Assembly: GCF_028368995.1 (NCBI RefSeq)
Contig: NZ_JAQNDL010000002.1
Span: 737,724 to 801,723 of the forward strand
Origin: Nannocystis bainbridge
GTDB lineage: Bacteria > Myxococcota_A > Polyangia > Nannocystales > Nannocystaceae
Direction of reading: 5' to 3'
Length of the DNA stretch: 64,000 nucleotides
Part shown: positions 55,238 to 64,000 of the stretch, in pieces
Layout of the letters: every line of letters begins with the position of its first letter
Numbering within the stretch: position 1 is the stretch's first letter
The notes under the pieces: generated by a model
Databases searched by the model: none
The model's input: only the letters and a program-made list of their open reading frames with translations
Told to the model about the DNA's origin: nothing
Translations under genes and position numbers: made by a program

Positions 55238-56881
55238 TCAAGGAACATGAGAGGAGCTCGCGCGGCGACGGCGACGGAGGGCGAGCAGGCTGGCCATAAG
55301 GACAGGCGCGAACGGAGCGTCGATGCGGCAGCCGCAGCCGCCCTCCGGCGGGCCCGCGCCGGCCGAGTCGCTGCCCTCGCTGGTCCCGCCGGTGCTGGCG
55401 GGCGGCTCGGCGCCGGTGGTGGGGTCGCCGGTGGTCGGCGATTCGGGCGAGAGCGGGGCGAGCCACAGGTGGTTGGTGACGGTGCGTGGCTGGCCGTCGA
55501 CGAGGACCTCGGCGCGGACGCGCGAGTGGCCGGCGGCGGGCGGCTCGACGACGAACGCGTGGGTGAACGGATCGCCGACGACGGGCACGGGCTCCTGCGG
55601 CTGGCGGTCGCGGACCAGGCGGACGCTCGCGCCCGCGGGCGCGCCGGTGACCCGCACGGTGAAGGTGGCGGCGGCCGATTCGAAGCTGTCCCCGGGGACA
55701 TGTGTCCCGGAGGACAGCTCGAGCATGGGGTCGGCCGGGCCCTGCAGCTTGACGATGGTGCGGCCGGCGCGGAGGCCGGCAAGCATGGCGTCGACGGCGA
55801 GCGCGTCGGCGTACACGAGGGTGGTGGGGTCGCCGATCGGGCTGTCGAAGCCGCCGAGCTCGAGGCCGGCCTTGTGATCGTCGCTGCCGCCGATCGGGGC
55901 CGGGCGATGGCCCTGATCGCAGAGGTCGTCCCAGAAGCGCATGGCGTCGTCGGTGAAGAACTTGCCGGCCTTGTCGAGGCCGCCGGTGGCGATCTCGACG
56001 GCGCCGAGGCGCGCAGGATCGAGGTCCAGCTCCCAGGCGCAGCCGATGCACAGGTCGCCGAGCGCGAGCGCAGGGTGGTTGGCGCTCAGCACGGCGCCCT
56101 GCTGATCGTAGGCGTCGGCGGCGGCGGTGATGGTGACGCCGGGCTGGCCGAGCTTGTGGTCGACCCACGCGGTCGCGCCGATGGCGTTCATGTGGCCGGC
56201 GTAGGTCGTGAACTCGCAGCCGGGGACGAACAGGAGGTCGGGGTGGCGCGCCTGGGCGTCGGCGAAAAAATCGAGGTGGGTGGTGGTGTTGTGGTCGGTG
56301 ACGACCACGAAGTCGAGGCCGCGGCCGCGCGCGAACTCGGCGATGGCGTCGAGGCTCGGCGAGGCGTCGCCGCTCTCGCGCGAGTGGACGTGAAAGTCGC
56401 CGGCGTACCAGCGCGGCGCGCCGCCGAGAGCAGCAGGCTGATAGGGCGCGCGCTCGGGCTGTGCGGGCGAGGTCGGGGCGTCACGCAGGGTGACGGTGAT
56501 CAGGTACTCGCCGGGCGGCGCGGCGAGCTTGGCCTTGCCGACGACGACGCTCCATGTACCTGCAGCGAGCGGGCCGGGCACGTAGGAGCGCGAGGCGGCG
56601 GCCTCGCCGATGACGGCGTTCTCTTCGTTGCCGCCGCCCCAGCCGCGGAACACACCGCGCGGGTCGACGAGGCCCCAGTCGAGGATGTTGTCGTCCGAGA
56701 GGTCGTCGTGGGCGATCTCGATCTCGCGCGTGCCGACAGGGACCTCGAAGGCGACGAAGAAGTGGTCCAGGCTGTCTATCGGGACCTGTCCCTTGAGCTC
56801 CTGGACGGTCTCGGCGGCGCTCGCCCGGGCGAGCGGGACGAGCAACGCGAGCGAGGCGAGGGCCGGCCAGAGACGGGTCAT
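55238..56881 (-). CDS. secreted PHP-domain metallohydrolase with C-terminal MYXO-CTERM-like sorting tail
   Basis: Signal MTRLWPALASLALLVPLARASAAE. PHP His motifs GDFHVHSRESGD...FVVVTDHNT. C-terminal ...PPEGGCGCRIDAPFAPVLMASLLALRRRRRAS (Cys-rich, hydrophobic, Arg cluster). The last codons are encoded by a repeat copy. Confidence 0.7.
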   Translation of the reverse strand: MTRLWPALASLALLVPLARASAAETVQELKGQVPIDSLDHFFVAFEVPVGTREIEIAHDDLSDDNILDWGLVDPRGVFRGWGGGNEENAVIGEAAASRSYVPGPLAAGTWSVVVGKAKLAAPPGEYLITVTLRDAPTSPAQPERAPYQPAALGGAPRWYAGDFHVHSRESGDASPSLDAIAEFARGRGLDFVVVTDHNTTTHLDFFADAQARHPDLLFVPGCEFTTYAGHMNAIGATAWVDHKLGQPGVTITAAADAYDQQGAVLSANHPALALGDLCIGCAWELDLDPARLGAVEIATGGLDKAGKFFTDDAMRFWDDLCDQGHRPAPIGGSDDHKAGLELGGFDSPIGDPTTLVYADALAVDAMLAGLRAGRTIVKLQGPADPMLELSSGTHVPGDSFESAAATFTVRVTGAPAGASVRLVRDRQPQEPVPVVGDPFTHAFVVEPPAAGHSRVRAEVLVDGQPRTVTNHLWLAPLSPESPTTGDPTTGAEPPASTGGTSEGSDSAGAGPPEGGCGCRIDAPFAPVLMASLLALRRRRRASSSHVP

Positions 56882-56961
56882 GGAGGCACGATAGCGCACC
56901 GGCGGGCGGCGCGGTCGGGGCCGTCGCGGGCGACCGGGACGCTCGGGTACACTCGCGACCG

Positions 56962-58068
56962 ATGGCCGAGCGCGACCCCGAAACCAACGTGGCCCTCGGC
57001 GAGGGCAAGCTGACGTTCCCGTGCGAGCAGTGCGGTTCGGCCCTCGAATACTCGCCCGGATCGGACCACCTGCGCTGCAGCCACTGCGGTCACACGCAGA
57101 CGATCGGCGGCGAGAAGGCGGTCCTGGAACATGACTTTCAGGACATGTTGCACCGGCTGTCGCGCGCGCCGGCGTCGACGCTGGGCGGGCACAGCATCCA
57201 GTGCGAGGGGTGCGGGGCGCAGGCGATGCTGGCGGGCCAGGCCGGCCGCTGCGCCTTCTGCGGCGCGCCGGTGGTGATGGACGTGAAGGAGCTGGGCGAG
57301 ATCGTGCCGCCCGAGTCGCTGCTGCCGTTCGGCATCGACGGCGCCAAGGCGCGCGAGGCGTTCTCGAGCTGGGTGCGCAAGCTGTGGTTCGCGCCGAACG
57401 ACCTCAAGCGGCTGGCGCAGGTCCACGGCATCGACGGGGTGTACCTGCCGTACTGGACCTACGACTCGCAGACGACGACCCGCTACAAGGGGCTGCGCGG
57501 CGATCACTACTACGTGACCGAGTCGTACAACGACGCGCAGGGCAACCGCCAGACGCGGCAGGTGCAGAAGACGCGCTGGCGCCCGGCGAGCGGGACCGTG
57601 CATGTCGGCTTCGACGACGTGCTGGTGTGCGGGTCGCCGTCGCTGCCGCGGCCGCTCATCGAGAAGCTCGAGCCGTGGGACCTCGACAACCTGCGCGGCT
57701 TCGAGGCCGGTTACCTGAGCGGCTTCATCGCCGAGCGCTACCAGATCGGGCTCGAGGACGGGTTCCAGATCGCCGACGAGCGCATGCAGCCGGAGATCCG
57801 CGGGGCCATCCGCAGCGACATCGGCGGCGACGTGCAGCAGATCCTATCGATGAACGTCCGCCACGCGGACGTGAAGTGCAAGCACGTGCTGCTGCCGCTG
57901 TGGATCTCGAGCTTCCGCTACAAGGAGAAGGTGTTCCGCTTCATCGTCAACGCGCGCACCGGCGAGGTCGCGGGCGAGCGGCCGTGGAGCGTGGTCAAGA
58001 TCGTGCTGACGGTCCTGCTGGTGGCGGCGGTGATCGCGGCGATCGTGGTGATCGCAAAGTCGCGCTGA
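56962..58068 (+). CDS. multi-zinc-ribbon protein with C-terminal TM anchor, function unknown
   Basis: CEQCGS...CSHCGH and CEGCGA...CAFCGAP Cys pairs. C-terminal WSVVKIVLTVLLVAAVIAAIVVIA helix. 368 aa, normal composition. Confidence 0.55.
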   Translation: MAERDPETNVALGEGKLTFPCEQCGSALEYSPGSDHLRCSHCGHTQTIGGEKAVLEHDFQDMLHRLSRAPASTLGGHSIQCEGCGAQAMLAGQAGRCAFCGAPVVMDVKELGEIVPPESLLPFGIDGAKAREAFSSWVRKLWFAPNDLKRLAQVHGIDGVYLPYWTYDSQTTTRYKGLRGDHYYVTESYNDAQGNRQTRQVQKTRWRPASGTVHVGFDDVLVCGSPSLPRPLIEKLEPWDLDNLRGFEAGYLSGFIAERYQIGLEDGFQIADERMQPEIRGAIRSDIGGDVQQILSMNVRHADVKCKHVLLPLWISSFRYKEKVFRFIVNARTGEVAGERPWSVVKIVLTVLLVAAVIAAIVVIAKSR

Positions 58069-58083
58069 GGTCGGCGAGTGCGG

Positions 58084-58145
58084 GCCTGTCCGGATGGACA
58101 TGGTCCAGGACACATGTCCGCAAGGACAGCGACACCCTGTCCGTC
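58084..58145. repeat. palindromic repeat cluster (CCTGTCC-GGAT-GGACATGG, GGACACATGTCC, CAAGGACAG, CCTGTCCG) between convergent genes
   Basis: Four CTGTCC/GGACAG-type half sites within 60 nt, directly after the stop of the zinc-ribbon gene. Confidence 0.65.
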
Positions 58146-58148
58146 GGG

Positions 58149-59015
58149 TCAGCCGTGCGGCGAGCGGTACCAGTCGTCGACGAGCGGGCGGATGGCCGCG
58201 AGGATCTCGGAGTGGTGCGCGCCGTGCGAGGCGACCAGGCCGTTGTCGTGGCCGAGACGCCGCGGATCGTAGGTCAGCGGGTGTCCCCACAGATCGGTGA
58301 GCGCGCCGCCGACGGCCCGCAACAGCGCCCACGGCGCGCAGGTGTCCCAAAGCTTGGTGCCGCTACGCGGGTGGACGTAGAGGTCGGCGTCGCCGCGCGT
58401 GATGACGCCGACCTTCACGCCGACGGAGCCGAGGCGAAGGTTGCGCTCGGGCGGGATGGCGAGGACTCGCATGACCTCGAGGGTCTTCGGGGAGGCGTGA
58501 CTCAGGCTGCTGACGAGTCGCAGCTCGGTGAGCGGGCGAGCGCTGGCCTTCAGCGGCGCGGCCGCGCCGCTGTCGTCGACCACGAACGCCTCGCGCCGGT
58601 CGTGCGTGCAGACGCCCCAGGACAGTCGTCCGGCGCCCGCCTCATACACGACGCCGAGGACGGGTTCGCCGCCGATGCAGAGGCCGATCTGAATCGCCCA
58701 GCACTTCTCGCCGCGCGCGTACTCGGCGGTGCCGTCGATCGGATCGATGTACCAACAGCGCGCGACGTCGGCGGCTGCAGCGGCGTCGTCGGCGGACTCC
58801 TCGGCGACGACGGCGTCGCCGGGGAAGGCCGCGCGCAGCGCAGCGACCAGGCGTGTGTTGATCTCGGTGTCCGCGCGCGTGACCGGCCCGGCGTCGTCGG
58901 GCTTGTCCCGGGCCTGCATGACGTCGGCGCCACCTGTCTGATAAGCCAGGGCGAGCGCGCCGGCTTCACGGGCGAGCGAGAGGGCGAGTCGGAGCTCGGG
59001 TTCGAAAGTGGCCAC
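58149..59015 (-). CDS. inositol monophosphatase family protein (CysQ-like 3'(2'),5'-bisphosphate nucleotidase)
   Basis: Metal-binding motifs AEESADD, WYIDPIDGTAEY and the WD..A segment. 288 aa. Confidence 0.75.
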   Translation of the reverse strand: MATFEPELRLALSLAREAGALALAYQTGGADVMQARDKPDDAGPVTRADTEINTRLVAALRAAFPGDAVVAEESADDAAAAADVARCWYIDPIDGTAEYARGEKCWAIQIGLCIGGEPVLGVVYEAGAGRLSWGVCTHDRREAFVVDDSGAAAPLKASARPLTELRLVSSLSHASPKTLEVMRVLAIPPERNLRLGSVGVKVGVITRGDADLYVHPRSGTKLWDTCAPWALLRAVGGALTDLWGHPLTYDPRRLGHDNGLVASHGAHHSEILAAIRPLVDDWYRSPHG

Positions 59016-59287
59016 GCGGAAACGCTTTCCGGCGCCCCTCGGGCGCTCTCTGAAGGGGCTGGAGAGATCTCACTGATGACCCGGCAAGGACGGGGTTATC
59101 AGGGGGTGCCCGATATGTAGGTTGAACTCAGGTAACCTGGCGACAAAACAGCGGAAATCTGCCCACTGTCGAGGCTGGCATTTTTTTCGCTGAACGTCAT
59201 TTTTGGGGGTTACGAACCTTGTTCCAAGTTGCGCTTCCCGCGAAATCCAAGGTTCCGTCAGGCCAAAAAACCTGATAGTCATGAGGA

Positions 59288-59899
59288 ATGTCACGTGTTC
59301 AGCGAGCAGGCCTACGACAGGGAATCATTCAAACCAGCCTCGAGATTGGGAGCGAACGCGGCGAAGAAGGGCTGACGATGCGCGGCATCGCGGCGCGTCT
59401 CGGCGTCAGCGCCACCGCGCTCTATCAGCACTTCGAGAGTAAATCGAAGATTCTCCGCGAGATCCGGATCTACGGCGCCGAACTGCTGCAGAGCGAGGTA
59501 TTGGAGCCCGCAGCCGCGACCGACGACCCGGCGGAGCGCCTCGTCATCGCCGGCCGCAACTATGTGCAATTCGCAAAGTCGCACAAGTGGCTGTACTCGG
59601 TGATGATGGGGAACGAGCAGCTCGACTGGTCGCAGCACAACGCCGAGGAGGTCGACCTCCTCCTGCGCCCGCTGAAGACGTTCCAGGGCTGGCTGGAGGA
59701 GGGTACGGCGCGCGGCTGCTGGCGCGGTGACGTCGACCTGCAGCTCGCCTCCTTCCGCATCTGGATGTCTCTCCACGGGCTCTGCACGATGCTGCTGTCG
59801 GGGCGCATCAACGAGGGGCATCCGGCGTTCCCCCGCAAGGACGAGCAGAGCTTCGTCGACGAGTTCATCGCTTCGATGGTCGCCTGTCTCAAGCCCTGA
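59288..59899 (+). CDS. TetR/AcrR family transcriptional regulator
   Basis: N-terminal HTH GLTMRGIAARLGVSATALYQHFESKSKIL. 203 aa. Preceded by a locally AT-rich promoter region. Confidence 0.8.
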   Translation: MSRVQRAGLRQGIIQTSLEIGSERGEEGLTMRGIAARLGVSATALYQHFESKSKILREIRIYGAELLQSEVLEPAAATDDPAERLVIAGRNYVQFAKSHKWLYSVMMGNEQLDWSQHNAEEVDLLLRPLKTFQGWLEEGTARGCWRGDVDLQLASFRIWMSLHGLCTMLLSGRINEGHPAFPRKDEQSFVDEFIASMVACLKP

Positions 59900-59904
59900 G
59901 GGGC

Positions 59905-60759
59905 CTACGCGGGGACGAAGCAGGCGCCGCTGCTCTCGAAGCCGGGGGCGGGGGCGGGGAACAGGGGCTCGCAAAGGGAGGGCGATGCGCACTGCGCGTC
60001 GCCCTCTTTCGTGTCGCAGGTCGAGGTGCAGCAGTTGCTCGAGCCGCAGTTCGGCACCAGCGCGCCCGGCATGCACACGTACGTGGCCGCGCAGCCGCGA
60101 CCGGTGAACTCCGAGCAGTTGGCGCCCTCGGTGCCCATGTCGACCTCGAGCATCATCTCGCAGATGAATCGATCCTTGCCCTGTCGACAGCCGAGTCCCG
60201 GCGGACAGATGGCCACGATCGGATCACAGCTGTCCGCGCAGTAGGTCGTGCCGCTGAACGGGCTGGTGGTGCACAGGCCCGGCTCGCAGTCGATGTCGTT
60301 GCGGCAGATCGGGAAACAGAGGCCCGAGGTCGGATCGCCGTCGGTCAGCGAGAGGCACACGGTCCCGGCACCGCACGCGTCCTGCCCGCTCTCGGGCGCG
60401 GGCGTGCACACCTCGAGCGGGAGCAGCGCGCCGTCGTCGGGCACGCACTTGAAGTGGTTCTGCAGGCCGCCCTCGCTGACGGCGGTGCACTTCTGTCCTT
60501 CGGGACATGCGGGGGTGCCGGACGGTTCACAGTCGAAGACCGGGGTGAGGTCCGGCGGCGGCTCGGACACGCCCGTGGTCGGATCGCTGTCGCTCAGGCC
60601 CTCGCTGTCTCCGCCGTCACTGTCGCTGTCGCCCTGGTTGCCCGCGCTGTCGTCGTCGTCGTAGGGGACGCGCTGACATGCTCCAAAGGACAGGAACGCG
60701 AGGACAGTCGCGAGGCGAGCGGCGGCGACGCCGGGGCGGCGAGGGTGGGCGTCGAGCAT
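59905..60759 (-). CDS. Cys-rich secreted lipoprotein
   Basis: Signal MLDAHPRRPGVAAARLATVLAFLSFGAC (lipobox). Asp/Ser-rich linker. ~30 Cys in the mature part with repeated C-x-P-G / CxxxxC spacing. Two segments (CPEGQKC, SFGACQ) coincide with palindromic-repeat-like DNA. Confidence 0.55.
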   Translation of the reverse strand: MLDAHPRRPGVAAARLATVLAFLSFGACQRVPYDDDDSAGNQGDSDSDGGDSEGLSDSDPTTGVSEPPPDLTPVFDCEPSGTPACPEGQKCTAVSEGGLQNHFKCVPDDGALLPLEVCTPAPESGQDACGAGTVCLSLTDGDPTSGLCFPICRNDIDCEPGLCTTSPFSGTTYCADSCDPIVAICPPGLGCRQGKDRFICEMMLEVDMGTEGANCSEFTGRGCAATYVCMPGALVPNCGSSNCCTSTCDTKEGDAQCASPSLCEPLFPAPAPGFESSGACFVPA

Positions 60760-61439
60760 GCGCTCACAGTAGCAGGTGCTCGTGCGTCCGGCCTGATGCG
60801 TGCCGCGGACGGAAGGGCGGGTCCGATCGTGGACCGATGCTGGTCGAGGTCGATGCGCCGCGGACTGATGTCCGCGGTCCGCGGCCGTGCATGAGATGGC
60901 GACGAGCGAGCGACGTGACGCGGAGGAAGCCGACGGACGATCGTCCGTGCTCGCGTCGCGAACGGAACGCATGCGAGAGTCGGACTGTTGTCCGCATCGC
61001 GATCGACGCGATGTGCATAGCGATCGAGGCGAGCCGTAACCACTACAGTGGCTGGATGCGACGACGAGGGTGGTGGTCGCTCGAGTCCTCGCGCGGTGTG
61101 AACTGCGGACAGCGACTTCTCGCATCGGCGTAGCGAGGTCGACGCGCGGGCCGCACGAGAGGGACGCGCACGTCGGTGTTCGCAGACGCGGGACGAGGAT
61201 CGTGCGCTGCGAATTTCGCGGACGCGAAGGTCCGTCCTCGCGGGCTTCGAGTCGCGCGAGGTCGACGCGTGAAGAGGTGCACTTTCGGTCTTCGCGGTCG
61301 CTCGCTCGCGCGGTGTCCCGGAGGCGCGGCACCTCGGAGGCGCGGCACCTCGGAGGCGCGGCAGCGACGCGGAGGGCGGGGCGGGTGCGCGACTTCGGGC
61401 GCGCCTGGCACACGCGCCAGCGCGGCCGAGGCGCGGCCG

Positions 61440-61925
61440 TCACTGGGCGGCGGTGCGCAGGTCGGCGAGGGCGGCCGCGCAGGCGTGGACGACCGTGCGG
61501 GCGTGGTCGAGGCCCTGCTGGGCGGCCTGGTTGGGCCCGCGGTGGAGCTGCACGAGCGCCTCGGAGCCCGCGGGGCCGGTGGTGACGGCCACGGGGATGG
61601 TCATGAGCGCGCGAGCGGCCTCGGCGGCGCGTGGTTCGAGCGGGGCCTGGTCCTCGGGGCGGCAGTCGCCGAGCAGCCGCAGGTGGTCGACGTAGCTGCG
61701 ACCCCAGCGCGACTCGGCGGCCGCCAGAGCGTCGGCGGTGCCCTGGGCGCGGGCCCAGGCGACCAGGACGGCGTTGAGGGCCATGCCGGCGGCCCGGCGG
61801 GCGTGGGTGAGGGCGGTGCGGCGGGCGGCCACGTGGTCAGCGCCCGCCTCGAGCTCGGTCAGGGCGGAGCGCATCCACGCATCCGCATCGAGGCGCCACA
61901 GCCAGTGGGCCTCGGCCTCCGTCAT
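61440..61925 (-). CDS. hypothetical protein
   Basis: 161 aa. Its ATG overlaps the stop of the upstream lipoprotein gene (ATGA). Helical, Ala-rich. Confidence 0.4.
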   Translation of the reverse strand: MTEAEAHWLWRLDADAWMRSALTELEAGADHVAARRTALTHARRAAGMALNAVLVAWARAQGTADALAAAESRWGRSYVDHLRLLGDCRPEDQAPLEPRAAEAARALMTIPVAVTTGPAGSEALVQLHRGPNQAAQQGLDHARTVVHACAAALADLRTAAQ

Positions 61926-62521
61926 CCGGAGGAGCTCCCGGAGCTGGTCGAGCTGGTCGAGTCGGTGGTCGAGCCCGTGGTGGTCGTCGTCGAGTCGGTC
62001 GAGGTGCTCGAGGTCGAGGTCGAGTCGGTGGTCGACGAGGTGGTCGTCGTGTCGGTGGTCGACGAGGTGGTCGTCGTGTCGGTGGCGGTGCCGTCGGTCG
62101 TCGTCGAGTCGGTGGCGGTGCCGTCGGTCGTCGTCGTGCTGTCGCTGGTGCCGGTCATCGACGAGGCGGTCGCGGAGCCGTCGGTCGGGCCGCTGGCGCT
62201 CTCGCTGTTGCTGTTGCTGCCCGGGCCGGCGAGGTCACGCTTGGACGGGAGGTCGTCGCGGATCGGCATGTCGGGCAGGCCGGGGCCGGCGGAGTCGGTG
62301 TCGACGCTCTCGGACACGACGCACTGACCGATGATGCCGGGCTTGAAGCAGACGTCGCCGGTCAGGATCTTCTCGCCCTCGGCGTAGCACTCGAGGCCGA
62401 CGCCGCAGTCGCTGCCGCAGCGGCACGGGTCGCCGGCCTTGGGCCGACATGCGCCCAGCACGGCCAGCATGGCCAGCATGACGCCGGTGGCGAAGGTCGG
62501 GCGCGGGCGCAGCGGCGTCAC
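61922..62521 (-). CDS. lipoprotein with Cys-rich N-terminal module and Thr/Ser-rich low-complexity tail
   Basis: Its ATG overlaps the greA stop (ATGA). Signal MLAMLAVLGAC. CRCGSDCGVGLECY module. The C-terminal ~100 aa are T/S/D repeats (TDGTATDSTTTDGTATDTTTT...), encoded by imperfect DNA tandem repeats at ~61960-62160. Confidence 0.55.
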   Translation of the reverse strand: MTPLRPRPTFATGVMLAMLAVLGACRPKAGDPCRCGSDCGVGLECYAEGEKILTGDVCFKPGIIGQCVVSESVDTDSAGPGLPDMPIRDDLPSKRDLAGPGSNSNSESASGPTDGSATASSMTGTSDSTTTTDGTATDSTTTDGTATDTTTTSSTTDTTTTSSTTDSTSTSSTSTDSTTTTTGSTTDSTSSTSSGSSSG

Positions 62522-63006
62522 GTGATCGCCTTGTACTCGATGCGGATGACCTCGTACTCGCGGTCGCCCTTGGGCAGCTTGACCACGACGTCCTCGCCGA
62601 CGCGCTTGCCGAGCATGGCGCGGGCGATCGGGGCGCCGAGCGAGATCTTGCCCTGGGTGGCGTCGGACTCGTCCTCGCCGACGATGCTGTAGACGACCTT
62701 CTGGTCGTTCTCGACGTCGTGCATCGTCACCGTGGCGCCGAACGTGACCTTGTCTTCTTTGACAGTCTCGGGGTCGATGACCTGGGCCATGCCGATGCGC
62801 GACTCGAGGTAGCGCATGCGGCCGTCGAGCTGGGCCTGGCGCTCCTTGGCGGCGTGGTACTCGGCGTTCTCTCGCAGGTCGCCGTGGCCGAGCGCGGTCT
62901 CGATGTCACGGACGTTCTCGGGCCGATCGACTTCCTTGATCTGCTTGAGCTCGGCGCGCAGCTTGGCGTGGCCGGCGGGGGTCATCGGGATCTTCTGCTC
63001 GGTCAT
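62518..63006 (-). CDS. greA: transcription elongation factor GreA
   Basis: 162 aa. IPMTPAGHAKLRAELKQIK, GDLRENAEYHAAKERQ and C-terminal FKBP-like VVYSIVGEDESD...ISLGAPIARAMLGKRVGEDV. Confidence 0.9.
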   Translation of the reverse strand: MTEQKIPMTPAGHAKLRAELKQIKEVDRPENVRDIETALGHGDLRENAEYHAAKERQAQLDGRMRYLESRIGMAQVIDPETVKEDKVTFGATVTMHDVENDQKVVYSIVGEDESDATQGKISLGAPIARAMLGKRVGEDVVVKLPKGDREYEVIRIEYKAIT

Positions 63007-64000
63007 GGCGTGTCCTGAGTCGCGGACGGAGGCGCAGTCTCTCGATGATAATCCTGCAGGGTGCGAGCGACGAGGGTTTTTTCGCCGCTGCGCACCGCCT
63101 GGATCGCGCGCGCCGCGGCCATGGCGGCGGAGATCGTCGTAAAGTGCGGGATCTTCTGCATCAGGGAGGTGCGGCGGATGCTGAAGCTGTCGCGGATGGC
63201 CTGCGCGCCGACAGTGGTGTTGATGACCATGGCGATGGTGCCGTTGACCAGCGCGTCAACGATGTGCGGGCGGCCCTCCTTGACCTTGTTGATGAGCTCG
63301 CAGTCGAGGCCGGCGGCCCGGATGGCGACGGCGGTGCCGCGGGTGGCGACGATGCCGAAGCCGAGGTCGACGAGGTGGCGGACGACCGGCATGACGAGGT
63401 CCTTGTCGTCGTCGCGGACGCTGACGAAGACCCGGCCCGTCTGCGGCAGGACCACGCCGGCCGCCAGCAGGCCCTTGTAGAACGCGGCGCCGAAGTCGGC
63501 GGCGACGCCCATGACCTCGCCGGTGCTGCGCATCTCCGGGCCGAGGATGGTGTCGACGCCCGGGAACTTGTGGAAGGGGAACACCGAGACCTTGACGCTG
63601 ACCTGGGCCGGCATGCGCTCGCGCAGGCCCATGGCGGCGAGCGGCTCGCCGGCGGCCACGCGCGCGGCGATCTTGGCGAACGGGACGCCGGTGGCCTTGG
63701 CGACGAACGGGACGGTGCGGCTGGCGCGAGGGTTGACCTCGAGCACGTAGACCTCGTCGCCCTGGCGGGCGAACTGGACGTTCATCAGGCCGACCACGCC
63801 GAGCTCGCGCGCGAGGGCGACGGTGGTGCGCCGGATCTCCGCGAGCACGCCCGGCGGCGCCAGCACCGGCGGCAGCGAGCAGCCGGAGTCGCCCGAGTGC
63901 ACGCCGGCCTCCTCGATGTGCTCCATCACCCCGGCGATGACGACGTCCTTGCCGTCGGCGACGGCGTCGACGTCGAACTCGGCGGCGTTGTGGAGGAACT
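63003..64000 (-). CDS. carB: carbamoyl-phosphate synthase large subunit, C-terminal part (the gene continues beyond the window end)
   Basis: Second ATP-grasp end (EVNPRASRTVPFVAKATG) and MGS-like allosteric domain (RVFVSVRDDDKDLVMPVVRHLVDLGFGIVATRGTA...INTTVG). Stop at 63003 overlaps greA start region. Confidence 0.85.
   Translation of the reverse strand, partial: FLHNAAEFDVDAVADGKDVVIAGVMEHIEEAGVHSGDSGCSLPPVLAPPGVLAEIRRTTVALARELGVVGLMNVQFARQGDEVYVLEVNPRASRTVPFVAKATGVPFAKIAARVAAGEPLAAMGLRERMPAQVSVKVSVFPFHKFPGVDTILGPEMRSTGEVMGVAADFGAAFYKGLLAAGVVLPQTGRVFVSVRDDDKDLVMPVVRHLVDLGFGIVATRGTAVAIRAAGLDCELINKVKEGRPHIVDALVNGTIAMVINTTVGAQAIRDSFSIRRTSLMQKIPHFTTISAAMAAARAIQAVRSGEKTLVARTLQDYHRETAPPSATQDTP

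Overview
This is a 64 kb, ~72% GC window, and its gene content points to a myxobacterium (Myxococcota). Markers include a CdnL regulator, a DUF4388+roadblock protein, a lipoprotein with Myxococcus cysteine-rich repeats, a MYXO-CTERM-like tail, two adjacent lspA copies and a TPR Ser/Thr kinase. Most genes are housekeeping: sucC, sucD, mdh, nadB, pgsA, lspA, smpB, greA, carB (partial), plsC-like, a pabB-like gene and peptidases. Many overlap by ATGA/GTGA start-stop coupling. Because of the GC content, most long Arg-rich ORFs in the six-frame track are spurious, so genes were called on domain motifs, coupling and signal peptides. I found no rRNA, tRNA, CRISPR array, transposase or integrase. Two things stand out. 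First, a six-gene, translationally coupled operon at 40266-44833: a bacterial GRAS-domain protein, an unknown 180-aa protein, an RsbU-like PP2C phosphatase, an RsbW-like anti-sigma kinase, a STAS-like protein and a class III nucleotidyl cyclase. It looks like a partner-switching cascade with a cyclase output and a GRAS input, and I do not recognise this arrangement as described. Second, an abundant family of dispersed palindromic hairpin repeats with core GGGCATGTCC/GGACATGCCC, often with GAAG/TTCG loops. They sit at gene ends, form a ~64-bp x3.5 tandem array at 46838-47080 and a ~59-bp tandem duplication at 37201-37320, and occur in-frame inside several coding sequences. Other notable items are an ECH / two FabI-like reductases / ACP cassette at the left edge, a 27-bp x6 tandem repeat at 7461-7640, and a MsrP-like molybdoenzyme paired with a PepSY_TM protein. 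All coordinates are from manual reading plus the ORF track and may be off by a codon at starts.
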